From a virus (taxonomy: Duplodnaviria; Caudoviricetes): 29,098 bases of DNA. Positions within the stretch are counted from its first letter, which is position 1. Each line of letters begins with the position of its first letter. A program made the translations under genes and the position numbers. The stretch is taken from the IMG/VR virus record IMGVR_UViG_3300037751_000396, positions 1 to 29,098 of that record; one strand, written 5' to 3'. Below the pieces are notes generated by a model. It saw nothing but the letters and a program-made list of their open reading frames with translations. It searched no databases and was not told where the DNA came from. Shown piece by piece: positions 1-8,219 of this stretch.

Positions 1-16
1 TTGGGAAAAATATCGC

Positions 17-280
17 GTGAGCGATCTTCCCAATGAGTATCTGACGCTATCGGATATCGAAGAAATTCCGGTCGCGTCTGACCCAGCGGCTCGATTCCAG
101 TTCGTCACCGATGCGATGCTGGATGCTGGGATAGAGGCTATCTCTTATGGCTTTCGTGGCAAGGGAGAGCCCGATAGTTACGAAGAGATTGCGCGTCGGG
201 TTTACCACGCGATGGAGGCCGTGCGTAGCGCAGAGGAATTCAAGAGCGCGATGCGCCGGTCGGCTACTGACGAATCCTGA
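17..280 (+). CDS. Hypothetical protein (87 aa)
   Basis: GTG start after a purine-rich stretch; protein-like composition; no family recognised. Confidence 0.55.
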   Translation: MSDLPNEYLTLSDIEEIPVASDPAARFQFVTDAMLDAGIEAISYGFRGKGEPDSYEEIARRVYHAMEAVRSAEEFKSAMRRSATDES

Positions 281-312
281 CGCCGGGTCCGCCGTCACGG
301 CTCACAAGTTTA

Positions 313-411
313 CTACCGGACAGGACTGAATATCCAAACCCGCGCGTGGGAGCGGCCCCGGCTTTTCCTGTCCGGTAGCCGGGGCCGCACACGCGCACAC
401 CGGACAGAGGA
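313..411 (+). ncRNA. C4/CI-like antisense RNA regulatory element (hairpin whose loop is complementary to upstream and RBS-overlapping boxes)
   Basis: 12-bp perfect stem GCGGCCCCGGCT(352-363)/AGCCGGGGCCGC(377-388) and outer stem 342-348/390-396. TCCTGTCCGGTAG (366-378) is the exact complement of CTACCGGACAGGA (313-325) and also pairs with ACCGGACAG (399-407), which overlaps the SD AGAGGA before ATG 415. Confidence 0.65.
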
Positions 412-414
412 TAG

Positions 415-951
415 ATGACTTGTATCGCTGGCCTTGTGCATGACGGGAAGGTCTATATCGGTGGGGACAGTGCTGGTGTTGACGGCCGTTATTCGCTTAC
501 CGTTCGTGCCGACCGGAAGGTGTTCCGGAACGGTGACTTCATCATGGGCTTTACATCATCGTTTCGCATGGGCCAGTTGCTGGCATACGCATTGAAGCCG
601 CCGCGCCGGCATCCGGACGATGATGTCTATGCCTACATGGTGACCGAATTCATTGATGCGGTGCGGGAATGCCTTAAGAAAGGCGGCTACGCGGAGAAGA
701 AGAACGAGACCGAACAGGCGGGGACTTTCCTTGTAGGTTATGTCGGGCGCCTTTTTTGCATTGAGGATGACTATCAGGTCGGCGAGAACGTGGACGGCTT
801 TGCGGCTTGCGGCTGTGGTGACTTGATCGCACTGGGGGCGCTTTCAGCAACCAACGGGCAGAAGCCGGAGGCCAGAGTCAAAGCGGCTCTAAAGGCGGCA
901 GAAAGGTTCAGTGCTGGCGTGCGTCAGCCCTTTCACATTGAGTCTATATGA
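415..951 (+). CDS. Ntn-hydrolase, HslV/proteasome-beta-like Thr peptidase
   Basis: M-T-C-I-A start (Thr1 nucleophile after Met removal), GGDS, RK-VF, and AACGCG (GSG-like loop) followed by ALGAL; good SD. Confidence 0.85.
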   Translation: MTCIAGLVHDGKVYIGGDSAGVDGRYSLTVRADRKVFRNGDFIMGFTSSFRMGQLLAYALKPPRRHPDDDVYAYMVTEFIDAVRECLKKGGYAEKKNETEQAGTFLVGYVGRLFCIEDDYQVGENVDGFAACGCGDLIALGALSATNGQKPEARVKAALKAAERFSAGVRQPFHIESI

Positions 952-1742
952 AAAACCGCGAAGGCCACCGCCAGTATGATTGCGTTCCCGACTGGACCGA
1001 TGGCCGCGCACCGGGTCTCTCGGCTCTGGTTCGGCTCCACAATGAGGAAGTCTGGATCGGCCCCTGTCTGGAAAGCATCGTCGGCTGGTGCGATCAGGTC
1101 GTGGTCTGCCTCAATCTCTGTACCGATCGCACGCCCGAGATTGTCGAGCGGTTCCGGCTGGCGCATCCGGGAAAATTCGCGGTCTACCCGTACCCGTTCG
1201 CCATCCATCCGATGGGGCCGGGCCATGATCGGTGCCCCGAGGATTCGGTGCATTCGTCGGCGTACTACTACAACTTCACGCAGTCAAAGAGTCGCCATAC
1301 CCATGTCGTAAAGATCGACGGCGACATGGTGATGATGGACTGGGCAGGCGCGGCGATCCGGGATCTGATGGACAAGGGCCGGGATCGCATCCGCTTCGAA
1401 GGCCGGGACATCGTAGGCGACGATCTCCGTCATATCGGTTGCCATCCGCTGTGCAGGACGAACGGCGTCTACCGCGTGAGAAAGGGCACGATGTACCGGC
1501 AGGGCGAGATGACGCAGACCTTGAAAGGCGTGCCGGACGCTGATGACGCCTTCGATCACCGGCCGGCGTTTCTGCATTTTAAGTGGAGTAGGAAGCCGCT
1601 GGAATCGGCGATTGTACAATGGCCGCCGGACTGGCAGTCGATCCCGCATTTCCAGCGCATCTATCAGCGCCGGATCCCGGTCAGGGAGTATAGCGGCGAA
1701 TATCCGGCGAGCGTGATGCGGATGCTGGAAAAGGCGGCGTGA
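948..1742 (+). CDS. GT-A glycosyltransferase (GT2/CgtA-like)
   Basis: VRLHNEE..I..CLESI...D.VVV.LN.CTD.T.EI, YYYNF and KIDGD (DxD), resembling the CgtA GalNAc-transferase pattern; ATGA overlap with the upstream stop. Confidence 0.85.
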   Translation: MKNREGHRQYDCVPDWTDGRAPGLSALVRLHNEEVWIGPCLESIVGWCDQVVVCLNLCTDRTPEIVERFRLAHPGKFAVYPYPFAIHPMGPGHDRCPEDSVHSSAYYYNFTQSKSRHTHVVKIDGDMVMMDWAGAAIRDLMDKGRDRIRFEGRDIVGDDLRHIGCHPLCRTNGVYRVRKGTMYRQGEMTQTLKGVPDADDAFDHRPAFLHFKWSRKPLESAIVQWPPDWQSIPHFQRIYQRRIPVREYSGEYPASVMRMLEKAA

Positions 1743-2320
1743 ACCATCGTGAGTCGGTCGGCGGTCGCTGGCAGGAAATCGGGACGCTGACTTTCGACTT
1801 CCTTGTCCGCCGTGGGTTGAAACCGCACGACGTGTTGCTGGATATCGGCTGCGGCGCCTTGAGGGCGGGCGTCCATCTGATCCCGTACCTTGAACCGAGC
1901 CATTATCTCGGGCTCGATATCGACGGAGCCTTGATAGAAGCCGGACTCCGGTATGAGCTTGACAGCGAGACCGTGGCGGCGCGGAAGCCGGAATTCGTGG
2001 TCTCGGATTCGTTCGCCTTCGACAGGTTCTCGAAGCGCCCTACAAAGGCGGTAGCACAGTCGCTGTTCACGCATCTGACGCGGGCGGACATAGAGTCGTG
2101 CCTGTCGAATCTCACTGAGGTTCTGGACGGCCCCTGCTACGCGACATTCTTCCGCTGTGCGCTGCCGGTGGAAAATCCGGGGCAGTCGCATCCGCATGAA
2201 CGGTTCAGCTACACGCTCAAGGAAATGCACGACACCGCAAAGGGGTGCGGCTGGACGATGGAATATATCGGCCCGTGGGGGCATCCGCGGAAACAGGAGA
2301 TGTTGTGCCTTCGGAAATGA
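1739..2320 (+). CDS. Class I SAM-dependent methyltransferase
   Basis: LLDIGCGALRAG motif I, YLGLDID, AQSLFTHL; GTGA overlap. Confidence 0.9.
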   Translation: MNHRESVGGRWQEIGTLTFDFLVRRGLKPHDVLLDIGCGALRAGVHLIPYLEPSHYLGLDIDGALIEAGLRYELDSETVAARKPEFVVSDSFAFDRFSKRPTKAVAQSLFTHLTRADIESCLSNLTEVLDGPCYATFFRCALPVENPGQSHPHERFSYTLKEMHDTAKGCGWTMEYIGPWGHPRKQEMLCLRK

Positions 2321-2958
2321 TGCCGATCGATCATGCAGACAACCATTCGTGGGTCGCGATACGGCAATGGGATGTCGTGTTCCTTCTTCCGAGAAAGGTG
2401 GCGTCGTCATCGGTCAAGCGGGTGATCAGGAAGGCGATAGGACGCCCGGAGACGAAGCCGGATCGTCTCGACTATGTGAGCCGGGGCGAGGCATCGAAAT
2501 TCAGCCATCGCATCGGGTTCTGTCGTCATCCTCTTACGAGGCTGGAATCCTGCTATGCCGACAAGTTCGGGCTGCGGAAGAAAGCGGGGCGGCCGATGCT
2601 GCCGGACTTCGTGGCGATGGGGTTCCATTACGACATGACGTTCGCCGCATTTGTAAAACGGGTGTGCCGGATACCGGACGAACAGGCCCTCGGGGACGGC
2701 GGGCATTTCCGGTCCCAGGTCGTGGACCTGACGCACGACGGCGCGTTCCTGCCGACGCTGCTGTGCCGGTTCGAAAACCTGTCGGGGGAGTGGGGCCGGG
2801 TACAGGCTTTGGTGAAACAGATCGGCGGTCCTGAATTGTCCAAACTCCCGCACCTTCGGGAAAGCGATCATTCGCTGGCGCAGTGGACGGAGGCGACACG
2901 GGAAATGGCTGTCGAACGATACCGGCGGGACTTCGAGGCGCTGGGCTACGAATGCTGA
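2317..2958 (+). CDS. Sulfotransferase (Sulfotransfer_2-like, PAPS-dependent)
   Basis: PRKVASSS (5'-PSB), FCRHPLTRLESCY (3'-PB, R.P..R..S.Y), HFRSQ and RFENL. Start moved to ATG 2317 (ATGA overlap). Confidence 0.88.
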   Translation: MMPIDHADNHSWVAIRQWDVVFLLPRKVASSSVKRVIRKAIGRPETKPDRLDYVSRGEASKFSHRIGFCRHPLTRLESCYADKFGLRKKAGRPMLPDFVAMGFHYDMTFAAFVKRVCRIPDEQALGDGGHFRSQVVDLTHDGAFLPTLLCRFENLSGEWGRVQALVKQIGGPELSKLPHLRESDHSLAQWTEATREMAVERYRRDFEALGYEC

Positions 2959-3647
2959 CAGTTGTTTGCTGGAAGTGGTTCGATCCCAACGGGCGCCACA
3001 ACCACCTCTTCGTTTACGGACCCGATTACGTCAACATCCTCCGCAATATGCTGGAACGGCATCTGACGATCCCGCACCGTCTGATATGCGTGACCGACGA
3101 TCCCGAGGGTATCGATCCCCGAGTAAAGATCGTGGACATGCCGGTCGAGGTCGAGGATTGGCCGGGCATGTTCCAGCGGCTGATCCTGTTTAGGCCGGAT
3201 GCCGAAAAGGTATTCGGCAAGCGCATCCTCGCCATGGACCTTGACGTAGTGATCAAGGCCAACATCGACGGTCTGGTTTCCCGCGAAGAAGACTTCGCGA
3301 TGTGGGAGCCGAGACTGTTTCACGTGAAAAAGGGAAAGTACAGCCGCTACAACGGATCCATGATCCTGATGGACGCCGGATGCAGACCGGAGGTGTGGAC
3401 GGAGTTCTCGGTACGCGAAGCCCGCCGTCGTCTCACGGCCGCCGGTCTCGACGTGGACGATCAGTCATGGATCAGTCACGTCCTTGGACCGGACGAAGCG
3501 ATATGGCCGTGGGATGGCGAGATCAGATCATTGAAGGCGACTCCCGATCCGGAGAAGGCAAGGATCGTGTTCTTCAACGGCCCCCGGTCCCCTGCCATGC
3601 CGGAATTGCAGAGACAGTATCCGTTCATCGCGGAACACTGGCGGTGA
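2952..3647 (+). CDS. GT-A glycosyltransferase
   Basis: VVCWKW..Y..DYVN.L...L.RHL..P.RLIC.TD, MDLDVVI (DxD), YNGS, DDQSWIS and FNG...P. Start ATG 2952 overlaps the upstream stop. Confidence 0.88.
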   Translation: MLTVVCWKWFDPNGRHNHLFVYGPDYVNILRNMLERHLTIPHRLICVTDDPEGIDPRVKIVDMPVEVEDWPGMFQRLILFRPDAEKVFGKRILAMDLDVVIKANIDGLVSREEDFAMWEPRLFHVKKGKYSRYNGSMILMDAGCRPEVWTEFSVREARRRLTAAGLDVDDQSWISHVLGPDEAIWPWDGEIRSLKATPDPEKARIVFFNGPRSPAMPELQRQYPFIAEHWR

Positions 3648-4210
3648 ATTGGGGGACCACGTTCATTCTCGGGGCGGGGGCGTCGGCGGCGGGTATCGAT
3701 ATCACAAGCCTGCCGGGCGTTGTTGTCGGCATCAACCGTGCCGCGTTCCATGCGCCGTGCCATGCTTTCTTCTCGCTGGACAAGCAACTGATCATCGATA
3801 GCGCGAAGGAGTTGGCGGCGTTCGGAGGAGACAAGCACGTCTGCCTCGTTCGTCCGCAAGATACGCCGGAAGGGGCGGTGTTCTGGCAGCGGGTGAGCAC
3901 GACGCACCCGAGCAGGGAACCTGGCACTCTGAGCGACGGCGACACAGGCTGTAACAGCGGGCTGACGGGGATCAATCTCGCCATGCAGAAGGGGGCGCGG
4001 CGGATCGTCTGTCTGGGCTTCGATCTCGACGATGACAACCGGCTCTGGATTCCGGGGCCGACACGGCCGCGAACCAGGCTGGAAAAGGTGCGGGAGAATT
4101 TCGCCAGAACGGGGCCGTGGTACAAGGCAAACGGAATAGAGGTCGTGATCGCCAATCCCGCAAGCCGGGTCGAAGGGTTCAGGAAAGCCGCACTGGAATC
4201 GGTACTTTGA
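3644..4210 (+). CDS. Maf/DUF115/CstII-like transferase (candidate CMP-ulosonate transferase)
   Basis: FILGAGAS, VVGINRAA, FFSLD and NSGLTGINLA..KGARRIVCLGFD match the Maf/CstII-fold pattern; GTGA overlap at 3644. Confidence 0.7.
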   Translation: MNWGTTFILGAGASAAGIDITSLPGVVVGINRAAFHAPCHAFFSLDKQLIIDSAKELAAFGGDKHVCLVRPQDTPEGAVFWQRVSTTHPSREPGTLSDGDTGCNSGLTGINLAMQKGARRIVCLGFDLDDDNRLWIPGPTRPRTRLEKVRENFARTGPWYKANGIEVVIANPASRVEGFRKAALESVL

Positions 4211-5487
4211 AGACCGTCGCATTTTTGCCGGCGAAGGGTGCGAGCGACCGGGTTCCGAACAAGAACGTCCGCCCCTTCAATGGCGAGCCGTTCTTCGCGT
4301 TCACGCTGCGGAAGCTGCTGGCGTGCCCGGTCATTGACGCGGTCTATCTGGACTCGGAAGACGGGGACATTCTGCGCTACGGCGAAAGGCTGGGGGCGCG
4401 GATACTCAGGCGCGACCCTGCTCTATCGGGTAACGACACCGACGGGCATGCGCTGTTCTGCAACGAGATCGCGCACGTCGAAGCCGATGTCTATGTGCAG
4501 GCATTATGCACGAGCCCGTTCGTCAAGGTCGAGACGTTGCGGCGCGCGATCGACGCCCTTGCCGATCACGACTCTGCCGTGCTGGTACGGCGCGAAAAGG
4601 TCTATGAGTGGCGTGACGGTCACCCGGTTTATGGAGACCGCATCCCCAACAGCATCGATCTGCCGGACAGGGTTTCCGAGGCCATGGCGCTATACGTGGT
4701 CAGGGGAGATGTAGCCCGCCGACTGGGAAGACGGGTTGGGGAGTCGCCGGCTTTGATAGAGGGCGACCCTGTAGAGCTGATCGATGTCAACACGCCGGCG
4801 GATTTCTTTCTCGCCGAACGGGTGGTTGCCGGCATCGTGGCGGAGGAATCGCGGCGCTTACGGCTTCTGTCGATATCGCTGACGAGCGCGGTCCTGTCGG
4901 ATGTCTGCGACGGACTCGATATCGATTGCGTCCTGCCCGGAAGCTTCGCCAGCAATCTCCCGCGCAAGGTCTTCGGCCGCGCGCGGACGATGGAGATACG
5001 CGAGATCGCATCCGACGACGACGACGACGCCATTTACGACGCGCTGAAATCGTATGCGTGGCTTGCCGGAAACGACGTGGTCTTCGTCAGAAACGGAACC
5101 GGCCATGCTTATTTCGGCGAGATCAACATGGGGCTGGCGGTGCGGTCGGGCGCGCAGGCGGCAATCATAGACGGGCTGACACGGGATGCGGGCGCGACGG
5201 CCAATGGGGACTTTCCTGTGTACTCCCGAGGACTCTGTTGCCGGGACGTGAAGGGCCGGGGCGCGGTGGCATCGATCAACGAGCCTGTAGTGGTGGGCAA
5301 TGTGACGGTGTGCCCGTCCGATCTCGTCTTCGCCGATGCTGAGGGCGTCATGGTCATACCGGCCCGGCATGAAGAGGCGGTCCTGTCCCGCGCCGTCGAG
5401 ATTGTTTCTGCTGAGCAGAAAATCATCGCCGATGTGGTCAGGGATATCGGCGTGCGCGATCTGGTCGCGAAGCACGGGTTCTTTTGA
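4207..5487 (+). CDS. Fusion: NeuA/KdsB-like cytidylyltransferase + RraA/HMG-aldolase-like domain
   Basis: N-terminal LPAKGASDRVPNKN, CTSPF, IDVNTPADF; C-terminal SAVLSD, GRART, AYFGEI, IIDGLTRD, DLVFADAEGVMVIP. TTG start in a TTGA overlap. Confidence 0.9.
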   Translation: MKTVAFLPAKGASDRVPNKNVRPFNGEPFFAFTLRKLLACPVIDAVYLDSEDGDILRYGERLGARILRRDPALSGNDTDGHALFCNEIAHVEADVYVQALCTSPFVKVETLRRAIDALADHDSAVLVRREKVYEWRDGHPVYGDRIPNSIDLPDRVSEAMALYVVRGDVARRLGRRVGESPALIEGDPVELIDVNTPADFFLAERVVAGIVAEESRRLRLLSISLTSAVLSDVCDGLDIDCVLPGSFASNLPRKVFGRARTMEIREIASDDDDDAIYDALKSYAWLAGNDVVFVRNGTGHAYFGEINMGLAVRSGAQAAIIDGLTRDAGATANGDFPVYSRGLCCRDVKGRGAVASINEPVVVGNVTVCPSDLVFADAEGVMVIPARHEEAVLSRAVEIVSAEQKIIADVVRDIGVRDLVAKHGFF

Positions 5488-6287
5488 TGGATATCGTCGT
5501 TTATCGATCCCAAAGCCCGTGGGCGACGCCGAACGAAGACGCATTCGCCGAAGGTCTCAGGGTTCACGGGATAGAGCCGGAATTCAGGCATACCGGGAAC
5601 ATCCGCGCCAGCGATCTCGCCGTGATCTGGGCGCACCGGCACAAGGCGCTGTTCCAGACACAGCGACAGGCCGGCGCGCATTACCTTGTCATGGAGCGGG
5701 GGTATGTCGGCGATATCCATGCAAGGAGAAAGTGGACCTCGCTCGGGTTCGACGGGCTCAACGGACGGGCTGTTTTCGCGAAGGACATGCCGTCGGATCG
5801 ATGGGAGCGGAACTTCCCACGGACGATGAAGCCGTGGCAGGACGGGCGCTACGCGGTGGTCATGGGGCAGGTCCGGGGCGACGCCTCGATAGAGGGCGTC
5901 AACATCACGACGTGGTACGAGGAAGCGGCGGCGAACCTGAAAGCGGACTGGGGCATCCCGGTTAAATTTCGACCGCACCCCAACGATGCCGGGGTGTTCG
6001 TTCCCTACGGTTGTGAGGTCGATACCGGGTCTCTGGAAGACTGTCTTTCCGGCGCCTCCGTCGTGGCGACGTTCAATTCGACTTCGGGGGTCCAGTCGGT
6101 GCTTTCGGGCGTCCCGACGATTGCGCGGGACCGCGGATCGATGGCGTGGGCGGTATCGGCCAGAGACTACGATCACAGGTTCACGCCCGACCGGGATCAG
6201 TGGGCGGCGGACCTCGCCTATACATCGTGGACGGTCGAGGAAATGGCTTCTGGTCTGGCGTGGAATCACCTGAGGGACCTGATATGA
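5487..6287 (+). CDS. KpsS/KpsC-like (Capsule_synth) transferase, beta-Kdo-transferase-like
   Basis: VMERGY, GQVRGDAS (QxxxD), FRPHP and TFNSTSGVQSVLSGVP motifs; TGATG overlap. Confidence 0.82.
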   Translation: MDIVVYRSQSPWATPNEDAFAEGLRVHGIEPEFRHTGNIRASDLAVIWAHRHKALFQTQRQAGAHYLVMERGYVGDIHARRKWTSLGFDGLNGRAVFAKDMPSDRWERNFPRTMKPWQDGRYAVVMGQVRGDASIEGVNITTWYEEAAANLKADWGIPVKFRPHPNDAGVFVPYGCEVDTGSLEDCLSGASVVATFNSTSGVQSVLSGVPTIARDRGSMAWAVSARDYDHRFTPDRDQWAADLAYTSWTVEEMASGLAWNHLRDLI

Positions 6288-6553
6288 CGCTGAAGGCGCA
6301 GAGCCCTGCCGATGTCCTGTCGTGGGCGCTGGATTTCGAGACCGAGTTCTTGGCCTCGGATGACGACGCCGCGACCTACGCATGGACCGTCGATCCAGAC
6401 GACAGCCCCACGCTGCTGGCGAACGCGACATCTCTCAATGTCGATCTCAGCAATCTGGCATGGGGCATCGTGTATCAACTTTCGCTCAAGATCACGTCGG
6501 ATGCCGGGGTCGAGGCGAAGCGATCCATCCCCGTTGTCTGCGGTGATCTGTGA
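6284..6553 (+). CDS. Small virion structural protein (fibre/neck adaptor-like)
   Basis: K..P.DVL.W.LDF...L N-terminal pattern of small phage adaptor proteins; lies directly before the connector; ATGA overlap. Confidence 0.6.
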   Translation: MTLKAQSPADVLSWALDFETEFLASDDDAATYAWTVDPDDSPTLLANATSLNVDLSNLAWGIVYQLSLKITSDAGVEAKRSIPVVCGDL

Positions 6554-7161
6554 TGGCGCTGAAAGTCACGACCGCTCCGACCGAGCTTCCCGTCCTGATC
6601 GGGGAGGTGATGGCGCATATCCGCGAGACCAACGAAGCGAAGCAGGCCGAAATTCTGGAATACATGTTCGCCGCGGTCGATCAACTGGACGGCCCCAACG
6701 GCCTGCTGAATCGTTGTCTGATTTCGCAGACCGTCGAGTACACGATGGACCGCTTTCCCGATTTCGGATGGTGGGAGTACAGCCGGTTCGTCTCCGCTTT
6801 CGATCTGCCGCTCAGCCCTTTGCAGTCGGTGACCAGCATCAAGTATCTCGACGAAAATGGAACCGAACAGACCATCGCATCGTCGGATTACCGGGTCCTC
6901 AATAGCGGAGTCGAGACCAGGCGCGGGCGGGTCGAGCTGGCCTATGACGCGACATGGCCGACGACGCGGCCGATAGAGCAGGCGGTGACGGTCACCTATC
7001 TGGCGGGATTCGGAGCACGGAATTCCGTCCCATGGAAGTACCGGCAGCTGATCATGGCGTGGGTAAAAGAGCTTTACGATCACCGCGACCCGTGGTCGGC
7101 GATGGACCGCTCGCCCGCTTTCAAGGGGCTGTTCTCGCAGTGCCAGTACCCGGCGGTGTGA
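6553..7161 (+). CDS. Head-tail connector (gp6-like, phiE125 gp8 type)
   Basis: T.PTELPV...V.AHIR, L.R.LISQT, LPL.PLQSVTSIKY.D, V.VTY.AGFG....VP, Y.HR. Confidence 0.9.
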   Translation: MALKVTTAPTELPVLIGEVMAHIRETNEAKQAEILEYMFAAVDQLDGPNGLLNRCLISQTVEYTMDRFPDFGWWEYSRFVSAFDLPLSPLQSVTSIKYLDENGTEQTIASSDYRVLNSGVETRRGRVELAYDATWPTTRPIEQAVTVTYLAGFGARNSVPWKYRQLIMAWVKELYDHRDPWSAMDRSPAFKGLFSQCQYPAV

Positions 7162-7487
7162 TGCCTGAGCTAGACCGGCTGATCACCATTCAATCGGCCA
7201 CGGAAGCGCAGGACGCATCGGGCCAGCCCATAGAGACGTGGGCCGATCTGGAAGCCGATGTCCCTGCCGAGTACATGCCGGTCTCCGGGGGAGAACAGTT
7301 CGCGGCGTTCCAGCATCTTGCCACTGCCATTGCAAGATTCCGGATCAGGTACAGGACGGACCTGACGCGGAAAATGCGGCTGATCTTCGAGGATGAGACG
7401 TGGAACCTGCGTCACTTCGAAGAGGACCGCAGATTTGATCGCCGTCAGTATCTTGTCCTGACCGCCGAACTGATCGCCGCGACATGA
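7161..7487 (+). CDS. Head closure / head-tail adaptor (SPP1 gp16-like)
   Basis: LDRLITIQ....D.SG....W, P.SGGE.F, FRIRYR.DLT..MRL; ATG 7161 in TGATG overlap. Confidence 0.9.
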   Translation: MPELDRLITIQSATEAQDASGQPIETWADLEADVPAEYMPVSGGEQFAAFQHLATAIARFRIRYRTDLTRKMRLIFEDETWNLRHFEEDRRFDRRQYLVLTAELIAAT

Positions 7488-7870
7488 GCCTCGAAACGGA
7501 AGTCCGCGCAAGGCTTGCTGCTGACGGCACGATATCTGGACTGGTATCGACCCGGATATTCCCGCTCATGCTGCCGCAGAACCCGACCTATCCGGCACTG
7601 GTGTTCCGCAGGATATCGGGACCGCGGATGCACGATCTACAGGGATCGATCGGCAGGGGGACGGCAAGGTTGCAGATCGACAGCTGGGCCACCGGCTATC
7701 TCGGCGCGCAGGCGCTCGCTGCCGCCGTCCGGTCGTCTCTCGACGGCTTCACCGGGATGCTGACCAGCCTTCACGCCGTGATCAAGCTCGACAACGAGAT
7801 CGACGATTACGACGACGACGCGGACAAGTACCGCGTGATCCAGGATTTTCGAATAATCCATACGGAGTGA
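7484..7870 (+). CDS. Tail terminator/completion protein (DUF3168-like)
   Basis: RIFPL.LPQ...YP..VF.RIS and R.QID.WA..Y..A..LA..VR; position between neck and tail tube. Confidence 0.88.
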   Translation: MSLETEVRARLAADGTISGLVSTRIFPLMLPQNPTYPALVFRRISGPRMHDLQGSIGRGTARLQIDSWATGYLGAQALAAAVRSSLDGFTGMLTSLHAVIKLDNEIDDYDDDADKYRVIQDFRIIHTE

Positions 7871-7874
7871 GTCC

Positions 7875-8135
7875 ATGGCGCTTTACCTGATCGGCCGGCT
7901 TCTGGTGTCGGCGCGCAACGGCCACCATGCACAGGAGCTGGCGGACAGCGATGCGTCCCCGCGCCGGATCAAGGAAGACATGCCGCACGGCGTTGTTGGC
8001 GCCGTCGATACTCCCGGAGAAGAGGCCGTCGAACAGGGCGAGGCCCGTGAGGTCGATATTACCAGCCTTTCCGACAGGGGCGTCCGCCGTTTCAGAAATC
8101 TCGATACCGGCACGGAGCGGACCGAACCGCGCTGA
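7875..8135 (+). CDS. Hypothetical protein (86 aa)
   Basis: GGAG SD upstream; fills the gap between tail terminator and tail tube genes. Confidence 0.5.
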   Translation: MALYLIGRLLVSARNGHHAQELADSDASPRRIKEDMPHGVVGAVDTPGEEAVEQGEAREVDITSLSDRGVRRFRNLDTGTERTEPR

Positions 8136-8219
8136 GCCGATTGCCCTAAATCGGGGTCTGGGCAACCCCGCCTCGCGCCGTCGTGAGACGCCGCATTCCC
8201 TGAGAAGGAGAGCCCCATC

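Noticed and set aside
5014-5028. (GAC)5 microsatellite
   Set aside because: In-frame poly-Asp loop; unit changes would not shift the frame.
948-6287. Cassette as a captured host capsule/O-antigen locus
   Set aside because: No export, polymerase or standard nucleotide-sugar genes; the enzymes are compact and coupled directly to phage neck genes.
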